A stretch of 64,000 nucleotides of DNA from Capsulimonadaceae bacterium (GCA_965215505.1 OZ244065.1:5344001-5408000), one strand, 5' to 3'; positions 37,800-46,362 are shown, counted from the first letter of the stretch. A program made the numbers and translations. The notes: a model not told the origin generated them from the letters alone.

Positions 37800-38549
37800 T
37801 CAGGCTGCGGCGGTGGCCTTTCTGCGGCCCCTGGAAAGTGCCAGGCCGGCCAGGCCGAGTGCGCCGATCGCCAGCGCCAGCGACTGCGACGGCTCCGGGA
37901 CCGTACTCGGGGCCAGGGTCACTTTCCCGAAGAGGTCGGCGCTTCCCGAGGCCCCTTCAAAGACATGTAATTCGGTGTTGTTGTTGGCGAGGAACCCGTT
38001 GCTGGCGTTCACGTTCCCGAATCCGGTCAGGGCCAGCGTGTAGACCTTGCCGCCCAGGGTGAACGCCTGGTTGGGGAAGCTCGTCGCCAGCGTAATGTAG
38101 TCGGCGTTCTGCGCCTGTGTCCCCGTGTTCGGCGTTGCAGTGATGGGGACCTCGAATGTGAACGACTGCGTCCCGATCCCGGCCGGGGCGGTGAACACCA
38201 GCGTCGGCATGAGAGCGATCCCATCAATGTTGGTCCCGGTCGCGCTGCTGCCGTTGAAGTAGGACAGGCGGCCGACCACGAACGGGGTGTCGGTGAGGGT
38301 GTTGAACGAGCCGGTGCTAAAGCCCAGCTCGTTTTTCGCAGTCCCTGTCCCGGTATTATCCCCCCACTTGATGTCGTTCGTGCCGACGCCAGTGAGGAAG
38401 GGTGCAGAGCCTGCTTCCTGGACGGGGTTGATGAAGACGGCACTGCTCGTGCCTGTGACGGGGTCCGGTCCTGCCTGACTTGGCACCGCGCCGGCGAGAC
38501 CGCCGACGAGAAGTACCAGCGTGAGGCTGGCGGAGGAAGAGATGTGCAT
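37800..38549 (-). CDS. PEP-CTERM surface protein with choice-of-anchor K-like domain
   Basis: Signal peptide; YFNG and TPN motifs; C-terminal VPEP-TM-RRK. Confidence 0.85.
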   Translation of the reverse strand: MHISSSASLTLVLLVGGLAGAVPSQAGPDPVTGTSSAVFINPVQEAGSAPFLTGVGTNDIKWGDNTGTGTAKNELGFSTGSFNTLTDTPFVVGRLSYFNGSSATGTNIDGIALMPTLVFTAPAGIGTQSFTFEVPITATPNTGTQAQNADYITLATSFPNQAFTLGGKVYTLALTGFGNVNASNGFLANNNTELHVFEGASGSADLFGKVTLAPSTVPEPSQSLALAIGALGLAGLALSRGRRKATAAA

Positions 38550-38695
38550 GACGTGTACCTTTCTGCTTGAAAACGACGCGAGGTAAAACACGACACAGGG
38601 CAAGCAGCCGAGCGGCGCCTCCTTCTTCCATGCACGACTCATGCCAAGCCCGGCATTCTTTACTGACACAAATACCTGTTCTTGGCACCTGTTTT

Positions 38696-39130
38696 TTAGA
38701 GCGCGTCGTTCTGGAAGAACTCGATGACCTCGCCGTCCGGCCCTTTGACGAAGGCTAGGCGCACCGGCACCGGGTATTCGCCTGCGATGGTTACGTCCTT
38801 CGGCTCGATCTGCGAGATTGCCCCCGCCGCCATGGCGCGGGCATAAGCACCGTCAACGTCCGCTGTCCGCAGGGCGAAATGCAGCAGCGCACCCTCGGGG
38901 GCTTCTTCGCCCGCCGCCCGCTTGCCCCCGGCGAAGACCTCCAAATAGTTGCCGTCGCCGGTGTCCAGCATCGCCGCCCGGCTGTCGCCTTCGCCCCAGC
39001 CGAAGGTGCGGACGAAGCCCAGGCCCTCCTGATAGAAGCGCAGGGTCGCCTCGAAATCGGACGCCCGCAGGGCGATGTGGTGGAAGCCGGGCGCGTTCTT
39101 AGGCTTTCCGGGGATATGATTATCTGACAT
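38696..39130 (-). CDS. VOC/glyoxalase family protein
   Basis: FHHIALR, LEVF, HFAL, GPDGEVIEF. Confidence 0.88.
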   Translation of the reverse strand: MSDNHIPGKPKNAPGFHHIALRASDFEATLRFYQEGLGFVRTFGWGEGDSRAAMLDTGDGNYLEVFAGGKRAAGEEAPEGALLHFALRTADVDGAYARAMAAGAISQIEPKDVTIAGEYPVPVRLAFVKGPDGEVIEFFQNDAL

Positions 39131-39200
39131 GTCTAGTCTCCTCCAGTCGTGGTTTGGCCGATTGTACCCGAGGCAGCGCTGTTCCTGTCTTCTCCCACCG

Positions 39201-39941
39201 GTGCGCGGCTCCTTGCGATACAAAGCCACTCGTGTTAACTCCAGCGCTTTTACGCTCCTCGAACTCCTCGTCATCCTAGGCGTCATCGCCGCCCTTGCCG
39301 CAGTCCTGCTGCCGGTCTTCTTTGCTTCGCGGGAGCGGGCGCGGCGGACGTCTTGCCTCTCGAACCTCCGTCAACTCGATACCGCGCTGTTCATGTACAC
39401 CCAGGATAATGACGGGTTCTTTCCAGTGGCCCCGGCGGATGGGGACGGGGACGGCCCCAACTGGATGGAGGCGGTCCATCCGCTTGTCAGCAGCCACGAC
39501 ATTTTCCGCTGCACTGACTGTCCTATTCCTGACCCCGTCGGCGGGCCGGATCTGACCGATGCTGGGTACGCCCTGAACTACGAGCTTTATGATGCCCGCC
39601 GATCCCCGGATGCTGGGCCGGGCACTCCGGCCTCCGACTTGATGGTATCCTTTCCAGCGGCGACGGTTTCCCTGTGTGAAGTCGGCTATCGCACGGGGCC
39701 GAGGAAAGACGACACGAGTTACAGCACGGCGACTAACGCGCCGGATACTGCCGACGACCTAAACTCCGGTGTGACCACTTTCGGCCCGCCAGGGGCGTTG
39801 CGTCATAATGGTGGAAGCAACTACGGCTTTGTGGATGGGCACGTCCGGTGGTATCGTCCCGACCAGGTAGCTGCTGCTAAAGTAACCATGAATGGGGTAC
39901 TCGTGGGAAACAACGGCTCCGCGCCGACGTTCGCCCGGTGA
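39201..39941 (+). CDS. DUF1559-type prepilin-cleavage / H-X9-DG protein (start uncertain)
   Basis: AFTLLELLV, SCLSNLRQ, HNGGSNYGFVDGH. Confidence 0.85.
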   Translation: MRGSLRYKATRVNSSAFTLLELLVILGVIAALAAVLLPVFFASRERARRTSCLSNLRQLDTALFMYTQDNDGFFPVAPADGDGDGPNWMEAVHPLVSSHDIFRCTDCPIPDPVGGPDLTDAGYALNYELYDARRSPDAGPGTPASDLMVSFPAATVSLCEVGYRTGPRKDDTSYSTATNAPDTADDLNSGVTTFGPPGALRHNGGSNYGFVDGHVRWYRPDQVAAAKVTMNGVLVGNNGSAPTFAR

Positions 39942-39969
39942 TGGAGCGTCCGCGCGACGGAAACTGCTC

Positions 39970-39999
39970 TTGACATCCCCCGCCGCCCGCGTGTATAAT
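39970..39999 (+). promoter_or_regulatory. sigma70 promoter of the T-box leader
   Basis: TTGACA-18-TATAAT. Confidence 0.75.
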
Positions 40000-40037
40000 C
40001 AAGCCGAAGTATTCCAACAATCTTATTGAGACACAAC

Positions 40038-40376
40038 GGCGATGACGGAGACGAGTACGCCGCGAACACTCTAGCAGAGCGATCTGCGCCAGAGAGCCGG
40101 GGGAGCTGAGAACCGGCAGGGGAAGCGCGGCGGAAAATGACTCCCGAGCCGGGTGGGGGAAAGGCGCGCTGGAAGGGCGAACATAAGGTTCGCCCCTACT
40201 GAGTGCCGAGTAGTTCGCTCCGGGGGGCTCCCGTGACAGGGCCAGGGTCGAAAGGGCGCGCTCATCCGCGCGCCACTTGCACCCGCCAAGGCGGACGCCG
40301 TGAGGCGTCCGTGAAACAAGGTGGTACCACGGGGGCATGAGCCTTTCGTCCTTGTGTGGGGGCGGACGGCTTTTTT
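40038..40376 (+). ncRNA. Transcriptional T-box riboswitch with AUG (Met) specifier
   Basis: Stem I with GA motif, AGTA, AGAGA (40091), GCTGAGA loop, specifier loop GAAA-ATG-A (ATG at 40137-40139); stem II, F-box CCGTGA, stem III; T-box AAGGTGGTACCACG (40318-40331); terminator with T6. Confidence 0.9.
40174..40199 (-). repeat. GTAG-type REP palindrome inside T-box stem II
   Basis: Minus strand reads GTAGGGGCGAACCTTATGTTCGCCCT; 25/26 identical to 61316-61341. Confidence 0.8.
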
Positions 40377-40408
40377 AGTGCCTTTTTGAATATCCGTGGG
40401 AGGGAACC

Positions 40409-41686
40409 ATGCCGAAAGTGTTAGGGCTGCGCTGCCGCGAGTGCGGCGAGCAGTACGACAAAGCGCCGATTCACGTCTGCGAGCTGTGCTTCGGGCCGCT
40501 CGAAGTGCAGTACGACTACGACTTCGGGCCGAAGATCACGCGCGAGCTGATTCAGAGCGGCCCGCTCTCCATGTGGCGCTACGCCGACCTGCTGCCGCTC
40601 GACGGCGAGCCGTGCGTCGGCAAGCAGGTCGGGTTCACGCCGCTCGTCCGGGCCGAGAACCTGGGCCGCGCCCTGGGGCTGAAAGAGGTATACGTCAAGA
40701 ACGACGCCGTCAGCCACCCGACGCTGTCGTTCAAAGACCGCGTGGTCGCCGTCGCCCTGTCCAAAGCCCGCGAGTTCGGCTTTCAGACCGTCGGCTGCGC
40801 CTCCACCGGCAACCTTGCCAACTCCGTCGCCGCCCACGCCGCCGAGGGCGGGTTTGAGGCCTACATCTTCATCCCGCACGACCTGGAGCAAGGCAAGGTC
40901 GTCGGGACCCTGATCTACGGCGCGAACGTCCTGTCCGTGCAGGGCAACTACGACGAAGTGAACCGCCTGTGTTCCGAAGTCGCCGGCAAGTACGGCTGGG
41001 GCCTCGCCAACGTCAACCTGCGCCCCTTCTACGGGGACGGCTCCAAAACATTCGGCTATGAGATCGCCGAGCAATTAGGCTGGAAGGCCCCGCAGCACAT
41101 CGTCTGCCCTTCGGCGGGCGGGTCGCTCGTGACCAAGATTTACAAGGCCCTGAACGAGTTCGCCAAGCTCGGCCTGATTGACGGCGTGCCCACCAAGATG
41201 TATGTCGCCCAGGCGACCGGCTGCAACCCGATCGCGACGATGGTGAAAGAACGGTCCGAGATCATGAAGCCGGTCCGGCCCAACACCATCGCCAAGAGCA
41301 TCGCCATCGGCAACCCCGCCGACGGCTACTATGCCGCCGAGGCCTGCCGCAAGTCGGGCGGCTGGGCGGAAGATGTGAGCGATGAAGAGGTCGTGGAGGG
41401 CATCAAGCTCCTGGCCGAGACCGAGGGTATCTTCACCGAAACGGCGGGTGGCGTGACCGTCGCGACCACGCGCAAGCTGATCCGGCAGGGCGTCATCCCC
41501 AGGGACGAGAGCGTGGTCATCTGCATCACCGGCAACGGCCTGAAGACGATGGACGCCGTGCTGGGCAAGATCGGCAAGACGATTCCCATCCAGCCCTCGC
41601 TGGCTTCTCTGGAAGAAGCACTGGCAAGCCGCGCCCATGCGCTTCCTACGAAAACCATTCAGACGTCGGAACTGGTGACTGCATAA
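40409..41686 (+). CDS. Threonine-synthase-like PLP enzyme, probably a sulfur-carrier-dependent homocysteine synthase (MetM-like)
   Basis: CREC...CELC, PTLSFKDR, ASTGNLA, TGNGLK; Met T-box upstream and MoaD-like gene downstream. Confidence 0.8.
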   Translation: MPKVLGLRCRECGEQYDKAPIHVCELCFGPLEVQYDYDFGPKITRELIQSGPLSMWRYADLLPLDGEPCVGKQVGFTPLVRAENLGRALGLKEVYVKNDAVSHPTLSFKDRVVAVALSKAREFGFQTVGCASTGNLANSVAAHAAEGGFEAYIFIPHDLEQGKVVGTLIYGANVLSVQGNYDEVNRLCSEVAGKYGWGLANVNLRPFYGDGSKTFGYEIAEQLGWKAPQHIVCPSAGGSLVTKIYKALNEFAKLGLIDGVPTKMYVAQATGCNPIATMVKERSEIMKPVRPNTIAKSIAIGNPADGYYAAEACRKSGGWAEDVSDEEVVEGIKLLAETEGIFTETAGGVTVATTRKLIRQGVIPRDESVVICITGNGLKTMDAVLGKIGKTIPIQPSLASLEEALASRAHALPTKTIQTSELVTA

Positions 41687-41809
41687 GAACCCACCCCGCC
41701 GCTAGGGGCGGCGACCCTCCCCAAAGGGGAGGGCGAAGAGTTTGTGCCTCTGTCTCTTGCCCCTTCCGTTTCGGGAGGGGGAGCCGAACTTGTGAGGCGG
41801 GGTGGGTTC
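41687..41809. repeat. 123-bp palindromic REP/MITE-like element
   Basis: 14-bp perfect terminal inverted repeats GAACCCACCCCGCC/GGCGGGGTGGGTTC; internal hairpin CCCTCCCC-aaa-GGGGAGGG. Confidence 0.75.
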
Positions 41810-41835
41810 CGAAGACCCGCTAGAAACGACCAACC

Positions 41836-42606
41836 ATGAGAGCCTATCGCGAAAACCTTGCGCCCGACGAGCAGGCGCAGTTCGACCGGATGCGCGCCGA
41901 GGACGCCGAAGCGCCCCGTCAGTTCGTCAATTTTGCCTTCTACAAATTGGACCCGCTGTTCCGGCGCGAGCTGTCCGAGGCCGAGCGGGCCGACGCCGCC
42001 TGCGAGCTGGCTGAGGTCATCGAGGGCGCGCAGTCGAAGTTCCTGCTTTACCCCTACAGTACGCTCGGCATCCGGCCCGAGTGCGACTTCATGCTGTGGC
42101 GCATCTCGTACCGGATCGAGGACTTCGAGGAGATGACGACGGCCCTGCTGCGGACGCGCATGGGCCAGTACCTGTCCACGCCCTATTCGTACCTGGCGAT
42201 GACCAAGACCTCGATCTATGTGGACGAGCACGACTTCGAGGACCGCGAGGCGGGCCGCAAGCAGATCGTCATCGGCGGCGGCAAGTACCTGTTCGTCTAC
42301 CCGTTCATCAAGACCCGCGCCTGGTATCGGCTGACCGCCGACGAGCGGCGGCGGGCCATGCGCGAGCACATCACGGTCGGCCACGAGTACCCCAGCATCA
42401 AGCTGAACACGACCTACTCCTTCGGCCTGGACGACCAGGAGTTCGTCGTCGCCTTTGAAAGCGACTACCCGCAGGACTTCCTGGACCTCGTCCACAAGCT
42501 GCGCGAGAGCGAGGCCAGCGCCTACACCGAGCGGGACGTTCCCGTCTTCACCTGCTTGCAGCAGGACATGCAGACCATTCTGAAGCACGTCGGCGGCGTC
42601 AAATGA
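41836..42606 (+). CDS. Chlorite dismutase / coproheme decarboxylase (HemQ/ChdC) family heme protein
   Basis: FVYPFIKTRAWY, MREH, SFGLDDQEFVVAFE. Confidence 0.85.
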   Translation: MRAYRENLAPDEQAQFDRMRAEDAEAPRQFVNFAFYKLDPLFRRELSEAERADAACELAEVIEGAQSKFLLYPYSTLGIRPECDFMLWRISYRIEDFEEMTTALLRTRMGQYLSTPYSYLAMTKTSIYVDEHDFEDREAGRKQIVIGGGKYLFVYPFIKTRAWYRLTADERRRAMREHITVGHEYPSIKLNTTYSFGLDDQEFVVAFESDYPQDFLDLVHKLRESEASAYTERDVPVFTCLQQDMQTILKHVGGVK

Positions 42607-42631
42607 CCGACCGGCAGGAAGAGGAGACACA

Positions 42632-42910
42632 ATGGCAGTCAGCGTACTGATCCCGACGCCGTCCCGCAAATTCACGGCCGGCGAGGACACCGTCAGCGTC
42701 CAGGCGGCCACCGTCCGCGAGATGGTGGACGCGCTCGACTCGGCGCACCCCGGCCTGGGCAAGAGCCTCCGCAAACCCGACGGGTCCCTGAACCTGTTCA
42801 TCAACATCTACGTCAACGACGAGGACATCCGCTTCCTCCAGGGGCCGGACACGTCCCTGAAAGACGGCGACCAGGTCTCCATCGTGCCGGCCATCGCCGG
42901 GGGAAACTAA
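42632..42910 (+). CDS. MoaD/ThiS/CysO-family sulfur carrier ending GG-N
   Basis: INIYVNDEDIRFL, GDQVSIVPAIAGGN. Confidence 0.9.
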   Translation: MAVSVLIPTPSRKFTAGEDTVSVQAATVREMVDALDSAHPGLGKSLRKPDGSLNLFINIYVNDEDIRFLQGPDTSLKDGDQVSIVPAIAGGN

Positions 42911-42916
42911 ACACTT

Positions 42917-43156
42917 ATGGCCGTCGAACGCTTCAACCTGACCTTCAACAAGCTGATGCAGAGCCAGCCCATCGTCTACAACCTGGGCAAGAAGTACCGG
43001 CTGGTGACCGTGATCGAGAAGGCCAACGTCTCCGAGGAGGCCGGCTGGATGCAGGTCGCCTTCAACGGCGACGGCGACGAGATCCAGCGCGCCATTGCCG
43101 ACCTGAACACGCTGGGCGTCACCGTCACCCCCACCGAGATCGCCACCCTGAGCTGA
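42917..43156 (+). CDS. Stand-alone NIL-domain protein
   Basis: QPIVYNLGKKY...IEKANV...GV.V pattern; 79 aa. Confidence 0.8.
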   Translation: MAVERFNLTFNKLMQSQPIVYNLGKKYRLVTVIEKANVSEEAGWMQVAFNGDGDEIQRAIADLNTLGVTVTPTEIATLS

Positions 43157-43186
43157 CCCCCACACCCGCACTGCATTTAAGACCAC

Positions 43187-43220
43187 GGTCCCGAGGCACC
43201 CGCCTCGGGGCTGTTCTTGT
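43187..43220 (+). terminator. Intrinsic terminator after the NIL gene
   Basis: CCCGAGGC-accc-GCCTCGGG followed by a T-rich tail. Confidence 0.6.
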
Positions 43221-43259
43221 CTGTGTGTCCCCCCCCCTTTCGTCTACGCCAGCAAATAT

Positions 43260-43313
43260 TTAACACGGTATTAATACCGTGTTAATAACGTCTTAATGCT
43301 GCCTCCCCATAAT
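43260..43313 (+). promoter_or_regulatory. Pho-box-like promoter 1 (four 11-bp-periodic direct repeats plus -10)
   Basis: TTAA at 43260, 43271, 43282 and 43293; CATAAT at 43308. Confidence 0.75.
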
Positions 43314-43387
43314 CATGCCTACAGGCGAATAGAAACGCTGGCCGGTACGGCTTGGCAATCACTACGTCGTCCTATCGGCAAAAACAT

Positions 43388-43441
43388 TTAACACAGGCTT
43401 AACGCAGCCTTAATACCGGCTTTATGTGGAGCCTCCATAAT
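43388..43441 (+). promoter_or_regulatory. Pho-box-like promoter 2
   Basis: TTAA at 43388, 43399 and 43410, TTTA at 43421; CATAAT at 43436. Confidence 0.75.
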
Positions 43442-43750
43442 CATTATGTCCAAACGCAGGCAGGGTTCAACAACGGGCAGCCGTCCTCAAGCGAGGACAC
43501 GCCGAACCATCCTGAACCCTGCACCTGCCCTACAATTTGACGTGTGCCGACGGCGGCGGCTTGTTCAGCGCCTTCGACCTACCCCACGCGGCCCAAAATC
43601 TTCTCTTTCTGCCTGCTGCCGCAGCACCGCCGCAGAAATCATTGCTGATACCCTTGATGAGCTAATGGACGGGGGCACTGTACCTCCAGTCACGCGCCGA
43701 TGCTGTACCGGCTGCAATCGCGCAGCCGTTCTGATCGTAGGAGGCTTGTC

Positions 43751-45256
43751 TTGAAAACACTGAAGTATCTCGGAGTCGCAACCCTGCTCGCCGCTTCCCT
43801 GGGCACCGGTGCCCATGCCGCCGATGTCGTTACCTTCGCCGCCGCCGGCTCGTCCGCCCAGTTCAGCACCTTCACCACGGCGTTCCTGGCCCAGGGCTAC
43901 AGCAGCCACTACTCCCTTGGCAGCAGCACCAACTTCCAGATCGTTGATGCCAATGCCCCCAACGAGAGCGCCCAAGTCGCCATCTACTGGAAGGGCAGCG
44001 CCGGCAACTACCAGATCGCCGTCTTCTATCAGGTGGACTCGACGGTCGGCGTCCGCGCCTTCTTCAACAACGACACCCTGCTCGCCACTGCCACCCCCCC
44101 GGCCCCGACCAACTTGGGTGCTCCCAACAGCGGTGACGTCACCCCGCCCGCCGAGGTCCTCGCCACCGTCAACGGCGCGGCCGTCAACGTCGGCGCGACC
44201 GATATCACTCCCGAGGACGCCCGCGTCGCCACCGAGCGCAGCATCGCCCTCGGCTACAACAATACCGGCAACCCGATCAAGGGTGCCACCAACGGGGCGG
44301 TCGCGACCCCGGTGCGCTTCAGCCTCACCGCGAAGGCCTTCGCCCTGGCACCGCTGGGTGCCACCCCAATTGTGGTATTCGTCAATGCCGGGCCGAACTT
44401 CGGCCCAAGCTCGCTGACGGGTGCCAACCTGAACATCGACAGCTTCACACTGGCTGGGTTCCTGAGTGGTCAGTTCACCCGCACCTCCGATCTGCTGTTC
44501 GCTCAGGGTGCTGCCGCAGCCCCCGTCCATACCTACATCCGTGAGCCGCTGTCGGGCACATACAACACCATCGAATACACCAACCCCGAAAGCCTGGCCA
44601 AACTGACCTTTACTTCTGGTCGCCAGAGTGCATCTACCTTGGCGAGCGGTGGCCAGGAGTTGAACGTGTCTGCCACGGCCAATAACCCGCTCAACGAGCC
44701 GGTCTCCGGCTCCTCCGGCCCTGCCGGCTCGGGCCGCATCCGTGCCATCGGCACGGGCCAGCTCGTCGGCGGCGTCAGCGGCGACGCGACGGACTCTCTG
44801 GGCTATGCCTTCTACAGCGTCGGCAACTTCACGGGCCGCACCAGCCTCCGCTATCTGACCGTGGACGGCGCGGACCCGATCCAGGACAACTATACCGGCG
44901 GCTCGCTGACCGGTGCGACCGTCACCTTCCGCAACATCATCAACGGCGGCTACCCGCTCTGGTCCATCCTGCGCGTCGTCACCCCGCAGAACCCCTCGGC
45001 GGCCATCTCCGCCATCGTCGCCTCGGCACAGGGCGCGAACCAGGGAACGGACTTCGTCATCTCCCAATCCCTGCGCGTCTTCCGCTCTTACCACCAGACG
45101 CCCTACACCGTGGGCGCTGTTGGTAACGGCAACAACGTCGCTTCGGGCGGCAACGCAGTGAACGGCGGCGATGTCGGTGGCGCAGTATTCACGATCAATA
45201 ACGATCAGGACTACTACAACGATACGGGCGGTGAACTGACCGGCCGACGTCAGTAA
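43751..45256 (+). CDS. Secreted PstS/DING-like substrate-binding-fold protein
   Basis: SD AGGAGG plus TTG; signal peptide ending AHA; AGSSA, REPLSGT, SLGY and GGYPLW resemble PstS motifs. Confidence 0.65.
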   Translation: MKTLKYLGVATLLAASLGTGAHAADVVTFAAAGSSAQFSTFTTAFLAQGYSSHYSLGSSTNFQIVDANAPNESAQVAIYWKGSAGNYQIAVFYQVDSTVGVRAFFNNDTLLATATPPAPTNLGAPNSGDVTPPAEVLATVNGAAVNVGATDITPEDARVATERSIALGYNNTGNPIKGATNGAVATPVRFSLTAKAFALAPLGATPIVVFVNAGPNFGPSSLTGANLNIDSFTLAGFLSGQFTRTSDLLFAQGAAAAPVHTYIREPLSGTYNTIEYTNPESLAKLTFTSGRQSASTLASGGQELNVSATANNPLNEPVSGSSGPAGSGRIRAIGTGQLVGGVSGDATDSLGYAFYSVGNFTGRTSLRYLTVDGADPIQDNYTGGSLTGATVTFRNIINGGYPLWSILRVVTPQNPSAAISAIVASAQGANQGTDFVISQSLRVFRSYHQTPYTVGAVGNGNNVASGGNAVNGGDVGGAVFTINNDQDYYNDTGGELTGRRQ

Positions 45257-45265
45257 GCTGGCTGA

Positions 45266-45299
45266 GAGCGCGGACGGGTTAGCTAATCCGTCCGCGCTC
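45266..45299 (+). other. Strong intergenic stem-loop (mRNA stabiliser or partial terminator)
   Basis: GAGCGCGGACGG...CCGTCCGCGCTC with no U-tail. Confidence 0.55.
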
Positions 45300-45369
45300 C
45301 CTAGACCGCGCCGTGCCACATACGGCGATTAACGAACTCCCTCATCACGAAAAGGATCACAAGCGACCA

Positions 45370-46221
45370 ATGAATATCATCAAAACAGCCGCAGCGCTCG
45401 GGGCGGCGGGCCTATCTTTGCTGGCCCTAACCAATGGGGCCAGCGCCCAGACCACTGTGGGCGACCCTAACCTCACCACCGCCTTCAGCACCTTAGCCAG
45501 TGGGAAGAACCCGAACTTCACCAATGCTGCCGTTGCTGTTGGCTTCGACCCGAGCAACACTCCCGGAAACCTCTTCAACTCTGCAACTGCGGCAACAGCG
45601 CAGTCCGTGTACGAGTCCTTCAACTTCGATAGCAGTGCGGCTGGTGCTTTCACAACGCTCGCTTCCGGCACACAAGCCCAGATCCAAATCTTCGCTTCCG
45701 ACCAGAATGTGACCCCTGGGGCGACAACTTTCAACATCTATGCCTCGCTGTACGCCTTCAACCCGAACGCGGCTGCTGGCACCGTGCCGGTGATGGGATC
45801 GAACCTGTTCGGTGCCGAGCAGAAGATCACGGTCGCCGCTCTCAACGGCGGCTATTTCAGCGGCGACTTCAACTTGACCGGAGCGATCACTGCCGGCCAG
45901 CGGTATGTGCTGGGCATCACGACCCTTACCGGCGACACACAGGATTACGGGCAGATCGCTACCAGCTCCTTTGCAAACTCTGGCCTCGCGACGGCTGATC
46001 AGAGTTCCGATGCAGTCAAGTACCTGACGGCTGCCAACGATCAGGGCAACCCGACCGGGCAGACCTTTACGAACCCTGGCCTCAACAACGCCATCGCGTT
46101 CCGGCTGGGGGCTGCCGCGGCTCCCGTCCCCGAGGCCTCCTCGGTCGTCTCGCTGGGCCTGATGCTTGGAATGGGCGCGGCCTTCATCGCCTTCAAGCGC
46201 CGCCGCTCGGTCGCCAAGTAA
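45370..46221 (+). CDS. PEP-CTERM-type surface protein
   Basis: Signal peptide; C-terminal VPEAS-TM-KRRR. Confidence 0.85.
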   Translation: MNIIKTAAALGAAGLSLLALTNGASAQTTVGDPNLTTAFSTLASGKNPNFTNAAVAVGFDPSNTPGNLFNSATAATAQSVYESFNFDSSAAGAFTTLASGTQAQIQIFASDQNVTPGATTFNIYASLYAFNPNAAAGTVPVMGSNLFGAEQKITVAALNGGYFSGDFNLTGAITAGQRYVLGITTLTGDTQDYGQIATSSFANSGLATADQSSDAVKYLTAANDQGNPTGQTFTNPGLNNAIAFRLGAAAAPVPEASSVVSLGLMLGMGAAFIAFKRRRSVAK

Positions 46222-46362
46222 GCGAACCCGCACACGAACCCTCGCTTCTGACGGGGCAGGCGACTACAGACTATCGTAGCCGCCTGCTCCTATATGTGCG
46301 GTAGCCGACTGACAGTGCGCCTACCTAAAGCTGGAAACCTGTCAGCCAAAAGGAGACTTGCC

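Noticed and set aside
40409-41686. Plain thrC annotation
   Set aside because: The Met specifier and the sulfur-carrier/NIL neighbours argue against it; the symbol is withheld, though not formally excluded
43229-43237. C9 homopolymer upstream of the Pho-like boxes as a phase-variation site
   Set aside because: Lies outside the repeat/-10 spacing, so a length change has no evident effect
43260-43441. CRISPR or iteron/origin interpretation of the AT-rich repeats
   Set aside because: Units are 11 bp with no spacers and no cas or rep gene; each array ends in a -10 element
43565-45319. 584-aa minus-strand ORF
   Set aside because: Antisense shadow of the PstS-like gene, which has an SD and a signal peptide
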